Positions 50,215-64,000 of a DNA stretch of 64,000 nucleotides are shown piece after piece; position 1 is the stretch's first letter, and the number at the start of each line of letters is the position of its first letter. This stretch comes from Lama glama (lineage: Eukaryota). Under the pieces are notes generated by a model. The model was not told where the DNA came from. It saw only the letters and a program-made list of their open reading frames with translations, and searched no databases. A program made the position numbers and the translations under genes. The DNA is taken from positions 15,688,001 to 15,752,000 of the forward strand of contig CM052818.1 of assembly GCA_028534125.1 (NCBI GenBank), written 5' to 3'.

Positions 50215-51546
50215 CACATACCTAACTACAATTTCACAGGTATCTCACATTTCACAAATCACAAAATGAACTCATGATCTTTCTTTCCCTTAGGCTTACA
50301 AACACCATTTGATTGCTCAAACAAAAATGCTTATTCTCCTTGCAGTTACTCCCTACATCCAATCCATCATGAAATCCTGCTGCTTCTAATTCCAAAAATC
50401 TATCTCAATATCCTTAGCATCTCTCTGTCTCCACTGCCACCTCCTCAACCCAATTCATCAGCATCTCTTGCTGAAATAACCTCTTAACAGTTCTGACCAC
50501 TGGCCTTGGCCTATTATAATCCAGTTCATGTTACTGTCCTGCCTGGCATGAAAACTTTGATGATTCTGTTGCATTTTTAACTCAACATGGCTTCCAAGGA
50601 TTATAAAAGATGCTGCATGATCTGCCCCCTTATTTTTGTTACTCAACTTCATCTCATACTGCAGTTTCCCTCTCTCACTGAGCCACTGTATTAGTTTGGG
50701 TTCTCTGGAGAAACAGAACAAATAGGATGCATTAGATTCAGATACTAGAGAAGATTTATTATAGGAATTAGCTTATGTGACTATGGAGTCCAAGAAGTCT
50801 CAATCTGCCATCTATAAGCTGGAGAATCAGGAAAGCCTGTGGTGAAATTCAGTCTGCTTCAGTCTGTATCTGAAGACTTGAGGGCCAAGGGGGCCAGTGG
50901 TGTAAATTCCACTTCAAGTTCAAAGGCTCAAGAACCAGGAGTGCCAATGGTCCCTGGGCATAAGATGGATGCCCTGCCCCAGCTCAAGAAAAGAGAGGAA
51001 ACTGGCCTTCCCTCCACCTTTTTGTTCTATTCTGAGCCTCAACACAATGGATGATGCCCATCAACACTGGTGAGTGCGGATCATCCTTACTCAGGTCTAG
51101 GGATTCAAATGCTAATCTCTTCTGGAAACACCCTCAGAGACACATCCAGAGATCATATTGTACTGGCTATCCCTTAGCCCAGTCAGGTTGACACATAAAG
51201 CTAACAATCACAACCACTACTACACCTGCACACGAACAATGCAAACGGGTTTGCCAGACTCTTCTTGCCTCTGTGCCTTCATAGGTGTGGTTACCTCTCC
51301 TATACTCTTTTCATGCCTGGTTCTTCTTCAGGTTTCCGCTTAAATACTACTATCTGGACTTCTCTTTCCTTAATCATCTTATGTAAAATATGACCCCCCT
51401 GATCTCATTACATTCCAGTAAAATTTTCTGCTTGCTTCTTTTAAACCATTTATCATAATTTTAATTCTTAAGTGTATGATCATTGGCTATCTTATTAAGC
51501 AGTATATCTACACACCTGAGATTATGTTGAATGACTGAATGAATGA
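50215..51546 (+). mobile_element. L2 LINE, interrupted by an MLT2 LTR
   Basis: caggtatctcacatt; catccaatccatcatgaaatcctg; ends tgaatgactgaatgaatgaa. Confidence 0.75.
50687..51212 (-). mobile_element. MLT2B-like ERVL solo LTR
   Basis: tgtattagtttgggttctctggagaaacagaac...cccagtcaggttgacacataaagctaacaatcaca; TG...CA ends; TSD GCCAC/ACCAC. Confidence 0.9.
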
Positions 51547-52380
51547 ACTCTGCACCCTCCTAGACGCCAAATTCCCACTTATCTAAGTATCTTATGCTGC
51601 TGCTTCTAAGCTTGCCAGGTCTAGTCTGAAGTTCTATTCCTGCCCCACACAGTTAATCATGTTATCAACCTACAAAATTAAGTCATACTTAGTCTGTCAT
51701 TTAAGTTCCTCTACTGTCAGACCCCCAAATTCTCCTTTCTTCTTGTGTCCTACTGTTTCCCCTTATGAGTCATGGAGTCCATCCAGGCTGGCCCACGCCA
51801 CCATTGTCAAAGAGGGTTGCTGGTTTCTAGCAACCAACCTACCTTGCGTAGACAACATCTACCTCGAGTGTGCTTCTCTGCCTTGTACACTGACGTTTTC
51901 ATTGCAGCACAGCTCAAGTCTCCTGCAGGAAGTGTCTAGACCAACCAGTGTTCTGGGATTAAATGTTTCTCTTAACTGTTATGACTCATGTCCTATTTTG
52001 CTCTCTTAGAAACTTTTCACGAGCTAGTTTTGGATCACGTTATTTTTTTTTTGGCCTTATAATGCTATTAAAATAGTCATGTCTGCATTGTTTTCCAAAG
52101 TTCCATTGTCAAGACTTGAAGATAATTTGTCCTGTTCATCCTTGTTTCCCCTAAAATGTCTTAGACATTGTAGGAGTTCAAAAATACCCACTGTTTATAT
52201 AATTGATTCCTTCATTCATATGAAAACATTTTGGCAGCAATAACTGGGAAATACACTAAGTATGAACAGAGAAATCTGGAATTCACACTTGTCATATGTG
52301 GTCATATTTTATATTTGGAAAAATTTTGGTTGATTAAAAAATTCTAATGTAATATAGAAAATGATATTGCTTAGTACTAA

Positions 52381-52402
52381 ATATATATATATATATATAT
52401 AT
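52381..52402. repeat. (AT)11 microsatellite
   Basis: Directly visible. Confidence 0.95.
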
Positions 52403-52967
52403 TTTTGTTTGTTTGTTTCTGAATTTAGAAAAAATATACTAGGTGCTATCACAGTTAACAAATGGTAAGTGGACATAGAATTTCCAAGTAAACAGTTCTC
52501 CACTAGGACTGATGTAATGTTCTAGGAGGCTCCTGAGTGATGTCTCACTTCTGCTCGTTACATGTCCTTTCGTACCTGGTTGCCTGGTGATTGTTCTACT
52601 GGGCATTCCATGCTGAGGTAGCTATAAACAAGAGAAGGATTGCTAAGCTTTAAATTACAGAGAAATCATCAATTTATTGTCCTTAAAACAATGTGTTTCA
52701 TCTCTTTCCTTTAATTATTTGAAGTTACATAGATAGAGTTTTTCATTAACAGTTAAGGTAATATTTTAATCTTCTCTTACTAACAAAATATTGGTAGTAA
52801 ATGGCTCGCAAAGTCTGAGCTGGCAGAAGTGTTGTTAGATTCCTACATTATTCAGATGTTCGACAATGCCAGGTCTACTGATGGATGAAGCAATTACAGA
52901 ACAGTGCCCACTAGACTCACAAGGCAAGATTAAAAGTGAGGTTTGGAAATCTGAGAATAATAAAATA

Positions 52968-55900
52968 TACTTCTGATTCAAGATGGTAAACTTATCATGT
53001 GCACATCTCCTATTTTTATACCAAATCCTCTGAAGTTATAGAAGGTTCATTAAAATATATGCACTCTCATACATAACAATGCTCACAAAGCAACAGCAAA
53101 CCAAAAACTTGAAGGAATCCCTAAAAGACACAAAGCAGATGGGGTGAGCATGAAGGAGACCATACCCTAAAATGAACCAAGAAATGACACCAAGGATCTG
53201 TTTCATGACCCAAGGTGGTAAATGTTAGTAATGGACAGGAACACAAGGTCATATAACAACATAATTTGATTGGGAACCCCCCTCCACAAATTTCAACAAA
53301 GAAGGTCAACCTCTTTGAATCTCCCCTCCTCCTTTTGGGTAAAACAACAATCATGGGACTAAATGTTCTTATGTGGAAAACATGGAATGTGTGAACTTGG
53401 CACTATCTGAAGCAGCCTTAACAGTAACAGCAACAGCAAAACAGATGCCCACGTAGCTCACTCACCTTTAATTCTCATTCTCTTTCAAAAATTAGTTACA
53501 GTACAAGCAATAGAAAATTTACCACCTCTTCTCAAGTAAGGTGCATACCTACAACAGGTAATATAATAGGAAATATCCATTAAAGTTGAGCACATGGTCA
53601 AAAATAAGCACATTTGAATGAAGGCTAACATCATGACAGAAAACAAACTCAAATCAAATTTAACTGTCAATAAAATACTCAAGAGGATAGAAAGACTATC
53701 ACATGCAGGAAACAAACATAGGCCATTATTTTAAGAGATAAAATTTTGAAAAGAAAAGTTGAAAATTTAAGCTAAAGATACCAGTAAATGGGCTGATAGC
53801 ATACTGGGCAAAGCAAAAGAACAAATTCTTGAGGTAGAGGAGAACATCAAAAAGCTACCTTAGCATGAAATACAAAGGGAAAAAGAGAAGATCTAGAACA
53901 AACATTAAGAGAAATGAAGAATAAGCCTGAATTTTCTGTCATATGTTTAGCAAGGGTTTTAGAAGGAGAAAATAGTGAGACTGGAAAAGAACTATTATTT
54001 GAATAAATAACAGCATAAAAGTTCCCAGCATTGAAGGAAGTCAGGAGTCCTCTGAAATTTGAGCATTACAAGTACTAAGTGAATAAAAACAGCACATCTT
54101 GAAACAGTGTAGTGATATTTCAGAATATCCAGATAAAAGAAAAAAATTTAAAACTTAACAATTATTAATAAACAGATTACCTAGAAGAAAGAGATCGATG
54201 GCTGACTTCTCAGCAGTTACACAAGATTCAAGAAGCCAATAAAGCAGTATTGTCCAAGGATTGAGAGAGACAAAGAAAATATTTGAAGAAAAAATGGCTA
54301 AAGTTTTCCAAATTTATGAAAATTATAAGCCCACAAACCTAAGAAGTTCATTGAACCTTAACACTGACAGCACATTTCCTAATGGAAACTATGCAAATGA
54401 GACTATAGTGGAGCAACAATTTTAAAGCACTGAAAGAAAAGACTCAACCTCAAACTGGATACCCAACAAAATTGTTTTTCAAAATTAAAGTGAAATAAGA
54501 TTTTTCTTTTTCAGAAATACAAAAGCTGAAAGAATTCATAACCAACAGATAGAAGAAATGTTAAGAGACGCCATTAAGGTGGAAGAGAAATGAAACTAGA
54601 TGGAAATATGGATCTACTCAAAGAATAAAGAGTACTGAAAATTGTAACTATACAGGATTTTCCTTTTTAGTTAAGTGTCTTTAAAGGATAATATACTACT
54701 TAAACAAAAGAATAAAAATGTAGTGTTGGCTTGATAGCATATGCAGAAATTAAGTGTATAAAAATAACACAAAGGCTCAAAGGGTGGAAAATAAACAGTT
54801 GTAAGGCTCTTATTCTATACATGAAATTGGTTGAAGGTAGACTGCTTTATGTTTAATATATACATGAAAACCCAAAGGCAATAATAAAATATATGAATAA
54901 AAGCTAATAATCCATCAGAAGAGAGAAAAAGGAATAATGAAAATTCTGTTAGTAATTTAAAGAAGGTAGAAAAAGAGGTGAAAGGGCACAGAACAGATAA
55001 GATAAACAGAATACTAATTGCAGAATGGCAGCTTTAATCTTGATCATATAAATAATCACATTAAACATATGAGATTTAAAATCAGAAGTAAAGGGCAGAG
55101 ATTGCTAGATTTGATAATTTATAAAAGGTACAATTCAATAATATCTGCCTCAAACGTTTCTGTGTCTAGTAATAATTGATAAAGCAAAACCTGACAGAAC
55201 TGTGAGGAAAATAGAAAAATAGGTGATTACAGTTTGAGATTTCAAAAAAAGTGTAAGAAAATCTTTGTGACCCTAGGATAGGAAAAAATCTTAAGCATAA
55301 CATAATCCACAAGTGAAAAAAAGGATAAATTGGACTTTATAAAAAGTAAAATCTTCTCTTTGAAAGAAATTATTAAAAATAAAAAGATACTTCATAGAAA
55401 GGGAGAAAATGTCTCTACATAGGATATATCTGATATAAGATTCATAAGACTATCTAAAGAACTCTCAAAATTCAGTAACAAGAAAACAAACCATTTTTTT
55501 TAATGGACAAAAGACATGAACAGACATTGCAACAAAGAAGGTACATGATAGGCAAAAGTGCACATGAAAATATTAAAATTACTACAAAATATTAACAATA
55601 TAAATTATTATAGAAACAAAATCACAATGAGATATTACCATAAATCTATTCGAATGGCTAAAATTAAATAGATTATGACAGGTTTAGTGAGAATGCCAAG
55701 ATTATGTCACTTCCATAAATTTTTTATGAGAACGTAAAATCGTACATCCACTTTGGAAAGCAGCTTGCCAGTTTCTCAATAACTTAAACATACACTTATC
55801 AAATGATCCTGCTGAATAACTTTTAGATATTTACCCAAGAGGATCAAAGCATGTGGGTACAAAGACTTGCACAAGAATGTTTTTTGTAGCTTTGTTTGTA

Positions 55901-56045
55901 ATTACTCCAAACTGAAATACAGTAAGAGGTGAAATGGACAAGTGAATTTGGCACACTGGTACAACAGAATCTACTTAAGAATATAAAGTAATAAACTGTG
56001 GAAACATGTAAGAACACAGAGTGAAAAAACATATATACTGTTTTT
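52968..56045 (+). mobile_element. Composite of ancient L1 pieces (5' end, ORF1 remnants, ORF2 3' remnant)
   Basis: A-rich sense strand; acttctgattcaagatgg start; ORF1-like aatatttgaagaaaaaatggctaaagttttccaaattt; ORF2-like aatggacaaaagacatgaacagaca and ccactttggaaagcagcttg. Confidence 0.7.
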
Positions 56046-57435
56046 TGAAACACGGGATATTTAAAGAATCACTGACCCAATCCAAATCCCAAATGTCAAA
56101 ATTTGTGCTTTAGAGAAGGGCTAAGCTCTTCACTGGTAAAATCAGAGTACACAGGTCCCCTTATCCTTAACTAAGTATTTAGATTAATTCACCAGATGCC
56201 CTGTATTGCTCAACATTTTATATCAAAGAAAGGGATAATTTTCTACTGTGCCATAATTTTATTCAGATTCCAATATCTCTGAAAAAATCTGCGCCTTCAT
56301 TGATATTCATATCAGGTTAGAAATCACGACACTTCTAGTCAACATAAATGTCACAAGATTTTCAGTACAAAAATAAATGTGTTGAATATATCATAATTAT
56401 ACCATTTCTAATTAAGTGGTATATGGAAGTATATATATGTGTATATATATTCTCACTGAAAATATATTCTCATACAAAAAGATCAGGAAGTTACACAAAT
56501 AATTATAATACAACAGAGATAATCACGAGTCATCAACAGAAGTGGAAAGCATTGTCAGAATTCAAGAGAGGAGCAGGGAAATTTGGGTTAGAGATAATAG
56601 GAATGATCGAATGGAACAGATATTTCAGATTGTTCTATTTTTAGTGTACCTTTTATTCATTAAAAAAATTTCATACTATTATAAGAAAACCTGGAAAAGC
56701 AACAGGAAGAAACATTCCCCAAATCTTACTCTACAGTCATATTAGTGATTTCTCTGTAGTTTCTTGTCACAAAATCACTTTTACATTAGAGTATTAATTG
56801 GCATGCATATACAGATAAAAAATAAGAATTATATAATCCCTGAAAGTAATACGTAGTATGCTTACTGTGAACCATTCAGAAAATAAAGAAGAAAAAATAT
56901 ATATCACCCAGAATCCCAGACAAAAACACTCTCAGTATTTTGATAATCATCTTGTTCATGTTATAGATCTTTTTAATGAATCTGATCTTGTACTGTATAC
57001 ATTAATTTATATATAATTAATAAAGAATCATTCACTAGTAAAAGAGTATTTAAAAAGTCTTGCTAATATCTGCCAATGAGAAATCTGCAGATCACTTGGA
57101 TTACTCTAATATTATAATTTATATTACTTCCTGAATACCCTGAAAGTATGGTATTCAAATGGTCCCAAGCATAGAGAAAGGCTATTCTGGTTATGCTGAA
57201 AAGTACCTTTGGAGAACATGGGACCAATGATTGAATTTACTGTTTGTAACAGACTTCATCTTGCTCGACCAAAGCAGGTTGGCTCAGTGAACATATAGCA
57301 GAGTCTGTCAATGGATTCCTTCTATCCTTTTCTATTGGGCTTGAATTTAGAGAAAAATCACTGCCCAATTCAGAGAGATGGTTGAATATTATCCCTAAAA
57401 TGGAACTGCTGATTATGTTTTCATCTTTTTTTTAA

Positions 57436-57670
57436 AGTAGGAAGCTATGAGAATATTACAGGTAAGTAGTAGTAAAAGTCCAAGCTAGAACTATGGGAAA
57501 GTAAGAAGCAGGGAGAGGGGACAGGGACATAATTCAAGTTGAAGGGCAGAATCTATGAGAAGTAATATGTAGCAGATATAACCATGAAGAGGAAAACAGT
57601 GGAAAAAACTGCCAATGAGATTTCAAGTCTGAGACACTAAAGATTCTGGTTGCCATTAATGGGATAAAGT
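57436..57670 (-). mobile_element. L2 LINE remnant
   Basis: taggaagctatgagaatattacaggtaag resembles antisense L2 taggaggctattgcagtagtccaggtgag. Confidence 0.5.
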
Positions 57671-58839
57671 CAAGAAGAGAATTTATTTTCAGAAGTGAAG
57701 GGGGAATAATAAAACTGTAAAAAATGATTTTGCATAAGTTAAGTCTGAATGATCTGTTAATTTCTCTGAAGCAAGGTTAAAGGAGAAGATGTTTTGCTAA
57801 CCCCATTGGGCTGCTGTGACTTTAAAACTGTGAATATAAGGGATAATTTATAACAACACATCAGAAGTTCAATCTCTTATCCTTATTTCCAAAGTATTTT
57901 TTTCTGCATGATGATGTAAACACAATTGAAACAGTCAATCAAAAGGTAAAACTGCACAAATTTCCACCTGCCGTCTTTCCTCAAACCCCATATTGCTTTA
58001 GGGTATTTGACAAAGCCCCATATAGTAGAAGCCATGCCAACCAATGTAGAAAAATTCCACTCTCTCTCTGTATTAACCTATTGCTATCATGTGATATATT
58101 TCATGTATATTCCAGATAACATTTTGTTATTATTTTCCTGAAGTAAAAAAACTACTTGCTGGGAGAATCATCTTTAAAAAATACTGCAAAACCAGTTTCA
58201 CAGAAAAGGACCCCACATGCTTTTCTAAGGTATACTCCAGGATTGGTAGGCATATTCCTTGCTTCCCTACAAACTACGTAATATTTTAATATTATGAATC
58301 ATCAGCAGAAAGACACCCACACATAGAAACTGGACGTTCAATGCTTATTATTAAAGAGTTTTGAGCATCAAATGTTACAACAAACAGACTGATATTTAAA
58401 AGAAGCTTCCTGGGATTTAGGAAGAATGAAATTCTGCAGTCTTCTAAGGAGGAAGTAATTTATAGAGATAGGATGTTATTTCTTTGATATGGTAACACAA
58501 TATGGTCAATTTTCTTTAAATTATTTACATTCTCTTTCAAAAATACATAGGCAAAACAGAAATAAATTTAAAAAAAACAAGACTGAATGGAGATATAATT
58601 AAGCCAATGGAAATGTTTATTTAATAAGGGCTCAAAGATGATGCAATAAAGAATTCTGCAAGTTTAAAAAAAATCACCCATTTAAAATAGTGATTCAACA
58701 GATTTCAAATCAGAATACCTGTATTTAAACTCTTGCTTTTTTTTTGTATAAATACTTAGCTCCTCTGAACGTAAGAAAACCAATGTTTAAAAAGAGGATT
58801 ATAGAAACCTATTTCATATGTGCCCCATATTTATTGACT

Positions 58840-59490
58840 CTTCACTTTCTCCACTTTCAGTCTACACCACCATTATATTTCATGTGGATTCCCACAAAAG
58901 CCTCTTAATTTCTGTTTATTTGCCATGCATGCTCCCCCTCTGTTCCCACTTTTCAGTTAGAAGTCAGAGTGAACTTTCCAAAAATATATAAATTAGATCA
59001 ATTCCCTTCACTGTACAAACCATCCATTATTTTCCATTGCATTTAGAATAAAATCCAAACTCTTTACTCTGACTTAGTTTTCTGACTTTACCCATTACTA
59101 TGGTTCAACCACAGGTCTTTCAGTTCCTGGAATTTAATTCCGATTTCAAGGCCTTTGCCCTTTGTGTTCTTTCTGCTTGGAGAGCTCATGGAGTGTTTAC
59201 ATGTCTGGATTTCCTTAGATTAAATATCACCTCTTCCATAAGAAGTTTCCAGACTGCTTGATCTACAATCAACTGTAACACACCTCAACTCCAGGAGTTT
59301 ACCTGTTATGCTATATTTTTTTCTCCATAGAATTTAAATGATTTTATTCATTTATTTGTTTGACTATGTATTTATGGCTTTACTCCATCAGAATCTATGC
59401 TTATGAGCATTGATCTTATATAACTAGCACTGTATATTCTCAGAATCTAGAACATAAACAGTGCACGGTGAACAGCATTTGTTCAGTGAA
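58840..59490 (+). mobile_element. L2 LINE
   Basis: tttccattgcatttagaataaaatccaaactcttta; tcaaggcctttgccctttgtgttc; taaatatcacctcttcc. Confidence 0.75.
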
Positions 59491-60069
59491 CACTCCAAGT
59501 GCCACTATAAAGACAGCATCTGTAAAATTACCTAGAGTAAACAAAGGAAAGATGTGAAATCACTGTTTTATCTATTGTAAGGATATTATTGATACCATTA
59601 TTTGATTTTGTTTTGAGAACTCTGCTCTAAATTCAGAGAATAGTTTTACTCTATGCTGCAAACTGTTTTGTTTAAATCACATGGCATTGACTATAATCTG
59701 ATTGAGAAGATTTTTCTAGAATGTTTAGAAGCATTTTATGGCTTTTACATTTTGCAATTTCCTTTCATTTTCATTTTCAATCCTATCTCCACTTTGGACC
59801 AACTTGTATTTTCTTCTGTAGCCTTACATTGAATCCATGCTATCTTGCCATATTTTATAAAAAATTTTTAGCCATCTTAAATCATTCCTGGAATAGAGAG
59901 GAAGAATAACCAAAAAAAAAAAAAAAAGGAATTCAAAGCCCTAATACTTAATATTCAGGTAACGTAAGTTGAATCTGAATATACAACTATAGTAAGAATT
60001 CATAAAATCTAATTAGAATATCTGTCACAGTGTCTTACACAAAGTAGACACTCCAAAGAGTGTTTATTT

Positions 60070-61230
60070 CAAATGGGACCTAATTAAACTTATAAGCTTT
60101 TGCACAGCAAAGGAAACCATAAACAAAATGAAAGGACAACCTATAGAATGGGAAAAAATATTTGCAAACAATGTGACTGACAAAGGCTTAATTTCCAAAA
60201 TCCACAAATAGCTCATACAGCTCAATATCAAAAAAAAAAAACAACCCAATCAAAAAAAAAATGGGCAGAAGACCTAAATAGACATTTCTTGAAAGAAGAC
60301 ATACAGATGGCCAACAGGAACATGAAAAGATGCTCAACATTGCTAATTATTAGAGAAATGCAAATCAAAATTACAATGAGGTATCACCTCACATCAGTCA
60401 GAATGGCCATCATCAAAAAGTCTACAAATAATAAATGCTAGAGAGGGTATGGAGAAAAGGGAACCCTCCTACACTGCTGGTGGGAATGTAGTTTGGTGCA
60501 GCCACTATGGAGAATGGTATGGAAACACCTTAAAAAAGTAAAAATGGAGTTACTGTATTATCCAGCAATCCCACTCCTGGGCATATATCCAGAAAAGAAA
60601 ACTAACTTGAAAAGGTATATGCACCCCAATGTTCATAGTAGCACTATTTACAATAGCCAAGACATGGAGGCAACCTAAATGTTCACTGATAGATGAATGG
60701 ATAAAGAAGGTGTGTTATGCATATATACATATGCACACACACATATATACATATATACACAATAGAATATTACTTAGCTATAAAAAATGAAATAATGCCA
60801 TTCATGCAAACGGACCTGGAGATTATCATACTAAGTGAAGTAGGTCAGACAGAAAAATAAAAATATCACACGATATCACTTTTATGTAGTATCTAAAAAT
60901 GATACAAATGAACTTATCTGCAAAACAGAAACAGACTCACAGACATAGTAAACGAACTTATGGTTACCAAAGGAGAACATAGGGGGGAGGAATAAATTAG
61001 GAGTTTGGAATTAATAGATATATACTATCATATATACAATAGATAAACAACAAGGGCCTACCATATAGCACAGGGGAACTATAGTCAATATCTTGTAATA
61101 ACCTATAATGGAAAAGAAGCTGAGAAACAATATTTATATACATGTATAACTGAGTCACTTTGCTGTGAACCTTAAAATAATGCTGTAAATCAACTATACT
61201 TCAATAAAAAGGGAAAAAAGGAAAATTTCA
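60070..61230 (+). mobile_element. 5'-truncated LINE-1 (cetartiodactyl type), ORF2 3' part plus complete 3' UTR
   Basis: aaatgggacctaattaaacttataagcttttgcacagcaaaggaaacc...aaatcaactatacttcaataaaaa; TSD core TGTTTATTT (60061-60069, 61239-61247). Confidence 0.9.
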
Positions 61231-61992
61231 AAAAGTAATGTTTATTTAATTTGATCAAATCCAATAGGATTTATAATTTAAATTGCCATTTTTCACCCTA
61301 AATCTATGTAGTACGTCATGATACCAACAAAATAACTTATTACATGTCAAGAGGAGATAATAACAAGTTAGCTCTCCTACCCTTCTTATTTGAGCATAAA
61401 ATCCAGCAGGAGATGAGACAGGCATCTAAGTAGCTACTTTATTACAGCATACAGATTACTCTTGGCAGCTCAAACCTCAGTATGCTTGCCATTTTCAGAG
61501 CTTCTAAGAGATGTGCCCAGTCAGTAGCTGTACTGGAATTAGAGGACACCAACAACCGAGGTTGACTGGTCTGGGTTGGCTTTTGATCCAGAGGCAGTCT
61601 CCCTATACCAGAGGTTGGCTAGTTCTCTACAAAGTGGTGTGAAGGGATAGTCTGGCAAAAGGAGTAATGGCAACTCATCTGGCCAGGCAGATTCTACGTC
61701 TGGGAGATTCTGAATTTGTGACAGGTAATATAAAGGAGTGGTGGCTGCAGCCAAAGGACACAGAGAGAACCTGATCTGGACAGATTAGCCAAGGCCTCAC
61801 AGTGAGCACATAGACTAAGAATCAAAAAGGTTCTTGGATTGAGAAGACAACCAGATACTGTACTACAAGAATAATTTTCTTCTAACAGTTTCTGACCATT
61901 TCATCTCCTTGAGATCGTACAGAAATTTTCAGGTTTATATAAAGGATCGCTGCATAGAAAGGATTTCAGTCTTTCTCCCAATAAATTTACCT

Positions 61993-62375
61993 TTTTTTTT
62001 TTACATTTTTATACAATTTTTGAAGGTTATATTCCATTTACAGTTATTACAAAATATTGGCTATATTCCCCATGTTGTACAATACATCTTTGTAGCCTGT
62101 CTTACACCAAATAGTCTGTACCTCCCACTCCTTCACTCTTATATAGTCCCTCCCCCTCCCCCACTGGTAACTACTAGTTTGTTCTGTATCTCTGAGTCTG
62201 CTTCTTTTTTGTTATAGTCAGTAGTTTGTTATTGTTTTTAGATTCCACATATAAGTGCTATCATACAGTATTTGTCTTTCTCTGTCTGATTTATTTCACT
62301 TAGCATAATGCCCTCCAAGTTTATCCATGTTGTTGTAAATGGCAAAATTTCATTTTTATGGCTGAGTAGTATTCC

Positions 62376-62426
<51 letters not shown>

Positions 62427-62530
62427 CATGTCTTTATTCATTAATCTGTTGATGGCCACTTAGGTTGCTTCCATATCTTGCCAATTATAAATAATGCTGC
62501 TAAGAACACTGGGGAATATGTATCTTTTCC
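61993..62530 (-). mobile_element. LINE-1 3' end (another cetartiodactyl-type subfamily)
   Basis: Poly-T, then ttacaaaatattggctatattcccc..., tagattccacatataagtg, taggttgcttccatatcttg; ORF 62238-62459 ends EKDKYCMIALICGI like ORF2. Confidence 0.9.
62378..62424. repeat. (TG)23 microsatellite inside an L1
   Basis: Directly visible, uninterrupted. Confidence 0.97.
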
Positions 62531-63294
62531 CCACTCCTTCTAGAGGAAGGTTAGAAGAGACAGTAGAAAAGATGGAGGAACCAAGTTCCTCCAGTGGAAG
62601 CAAGGGAGGCTCTGTGGGAAAGTGGGAAGAACAGAGATGTACAGAGGAAAAGTCACTGTCTACATGGGACCTATGGAAACAAAAGCTGGCTGGCCAGCAT
62701 GCTGAGTATAGAGTAATGGAGGGCAGCACCCTTCCCCACTGGGATCTGTCATGCTCTTCCTCAGTTAATCTTAGAACTTCCTGTTCCATGTTGGAGTTTG
62801 AGTGCCCCCACCCCAGAAGAAGGGCTTGTTCTACCCAAATGGATTCCCAGGGGCTTCTCCAAAAGGAGCAAAAAGGCTCCTGTGGGTGGGTTGTCTGAAA
62901 GTTAAGGTTGAACAGACACCCTCTTCCACTTTGTAAATAGTATTTTGATACTTCTTACTCACCATCTCAGGCTTTATAGATGGAACCTGCCAAATGGAAG
63001 GGGTAGTTTTCAGTTCCTTCCCCAAGGGTAAGGGTAGGAGAAAGTTATGCATTTAAATTCACATTTCTTGAGTGACCCAGATGAACCTCTGCTCTTTGCA
63101 CCTAAATAGGTTAACTAAAAAAAGGATATTCTACCCAATTGACATACACAGAAGAAAAGATGTGACTTGGCTAAAATTTGGCATAAGAGTGTACATTAGA
63201 ACCTTTCTAACTGAAAAACTGAAAACTACTCTTGTAAGAAGTTTACTGCCTCCATGAAAATTCTGCAAAGATGTATATATCTAAAAGCACATTT

Positions 63295-63760
63295 TAAGAC
63301 TAGAAAAGACTTTAGAAGTTACCAAGTCTATTCCCCCCACCCCCACAGTCCCCAATTTATAAGTCCAGTCTGAACTCAGGCAGAAGATCACTCTCTCTGT
63401 TTAAATTCTGAATTTTCAGGGACTGTTTTACACTACTCATATGACAGCACTTTGCACTGTTGTGAAAAACGACGACTACGTGCTAATTGTGAAAAAGCTT
63501 TTCCCTATACTGTGCTAAATCCTGTCTTTCTTTAATTTATACCAATTAGTCCTTGCCTGCTGAAACAAAGACTACTCCTCCTCTACACTGACAAATTTCT
63601 AATTTTTGAAGATGACTGGAAAGTTCCCTTAACTCCTTAGTTTTATAAGGTAAACAGCCCCATTTCCTCAATTAGCCATTCTCAAATAATTGCAAATAGT
63701 ATAGCTCCCTAATCCCTCAACATCCTGTTATGTTCCACTCTGGTTGCTTGCTGATTTATC
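63295..63760 (-). mobile_element. CR1/L3 LINE 3' remnant
   Basis: gaaaaagcttttccctatactgtgctaaatcctg...tttgaagatgac...aggtaaacagccccatttcctcaa...ccctcaacatcctg resembles antisense L3. Confidence 0.65.
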
Positions 63761-64000
63761 ACTGAGCAAAGCCAAACAAAATTGATATAATTGCATATTT
63801 TTCTAAATTTATATTAATAAGCTTTCAAACATAACTAATTTATTCTATGAAAGGTAAACATCCCCATTTTTACTTCTATATACTTCCTCTTCATATTCCA
63901 CAGCCGGCATAATGCAAGACACAAGGATGTTCAGATCCTGCTGGTTGTTTGCAAGGGGGTTATATCAAGTTTGAGGATAATAAATATTTTATAGTCATTA

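Noticed and set aside
62494..62898. 134-aa ORF overlapped by a 109-aa antisense ORF
   Set aside because: Begins within antisense L1 and runs into probable LTR debris; no recognisable domain.
1..64000. The many 60-130 aa ORFs in the supplied track as host genes
   Set aside because: Short, often GTG/TTG-started, compositionally like AT-rich non-coding DNA or lying in repeats; only the L1 ORF2 fragments have recognisable motifs.
1..64000. CRISPR array, prokaryote-type defence or retron system, or intact endogenous virus
   Set aside because: No regularly spaced direct repeats, no operon-like ORF density and no gag/pol/env or other viral motifs seen; the only reverse transcriptase is a dead LINE-1 ORF2.

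Overview
AT-rich, CpG-poor mammalian genomic DNA (intergenic or deep intronic), very probably from a camelid: it carries a Vic-1-type tRNA-derived SINE and young L1s with a camelid-type 3' UTR, and I saw no Alu, B1 or Bov-type SINEs. I recognise no intact host protein-coding gene, tRNA, rRNA, CpG island or CRISPR array. The only ORFs with recognisable homology are broken LINE-1 ORF2 fragments. Much of the window is transposable-element debris (L1 of several ages, L2, CR1/L3, MIR, MaLR/ERVL solo LTRs, hAT and Tigger MITEs), often nested. Family names are from recalled consensus sequences, not a database search, and boundaries of old elements are approximate. I found no convincing new biological system. 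The best leads are: (1) a 2.7 kb young L1 with a 38-bp perfect target duplication and no polyadenylated 3' end; (2) a twin-primed inverted L1 whose two TSD copies lost the same CpG in opposite directions; (3) an unexplained ~140-bp palindrome next to a second hairpin and a homeodomain-motif cluster; (4) a strong minus-strand 81-nt exon candidate whose acceptor lies in a hairpin; (5) a HOX-PBX-MEIS enhancer-like segment.
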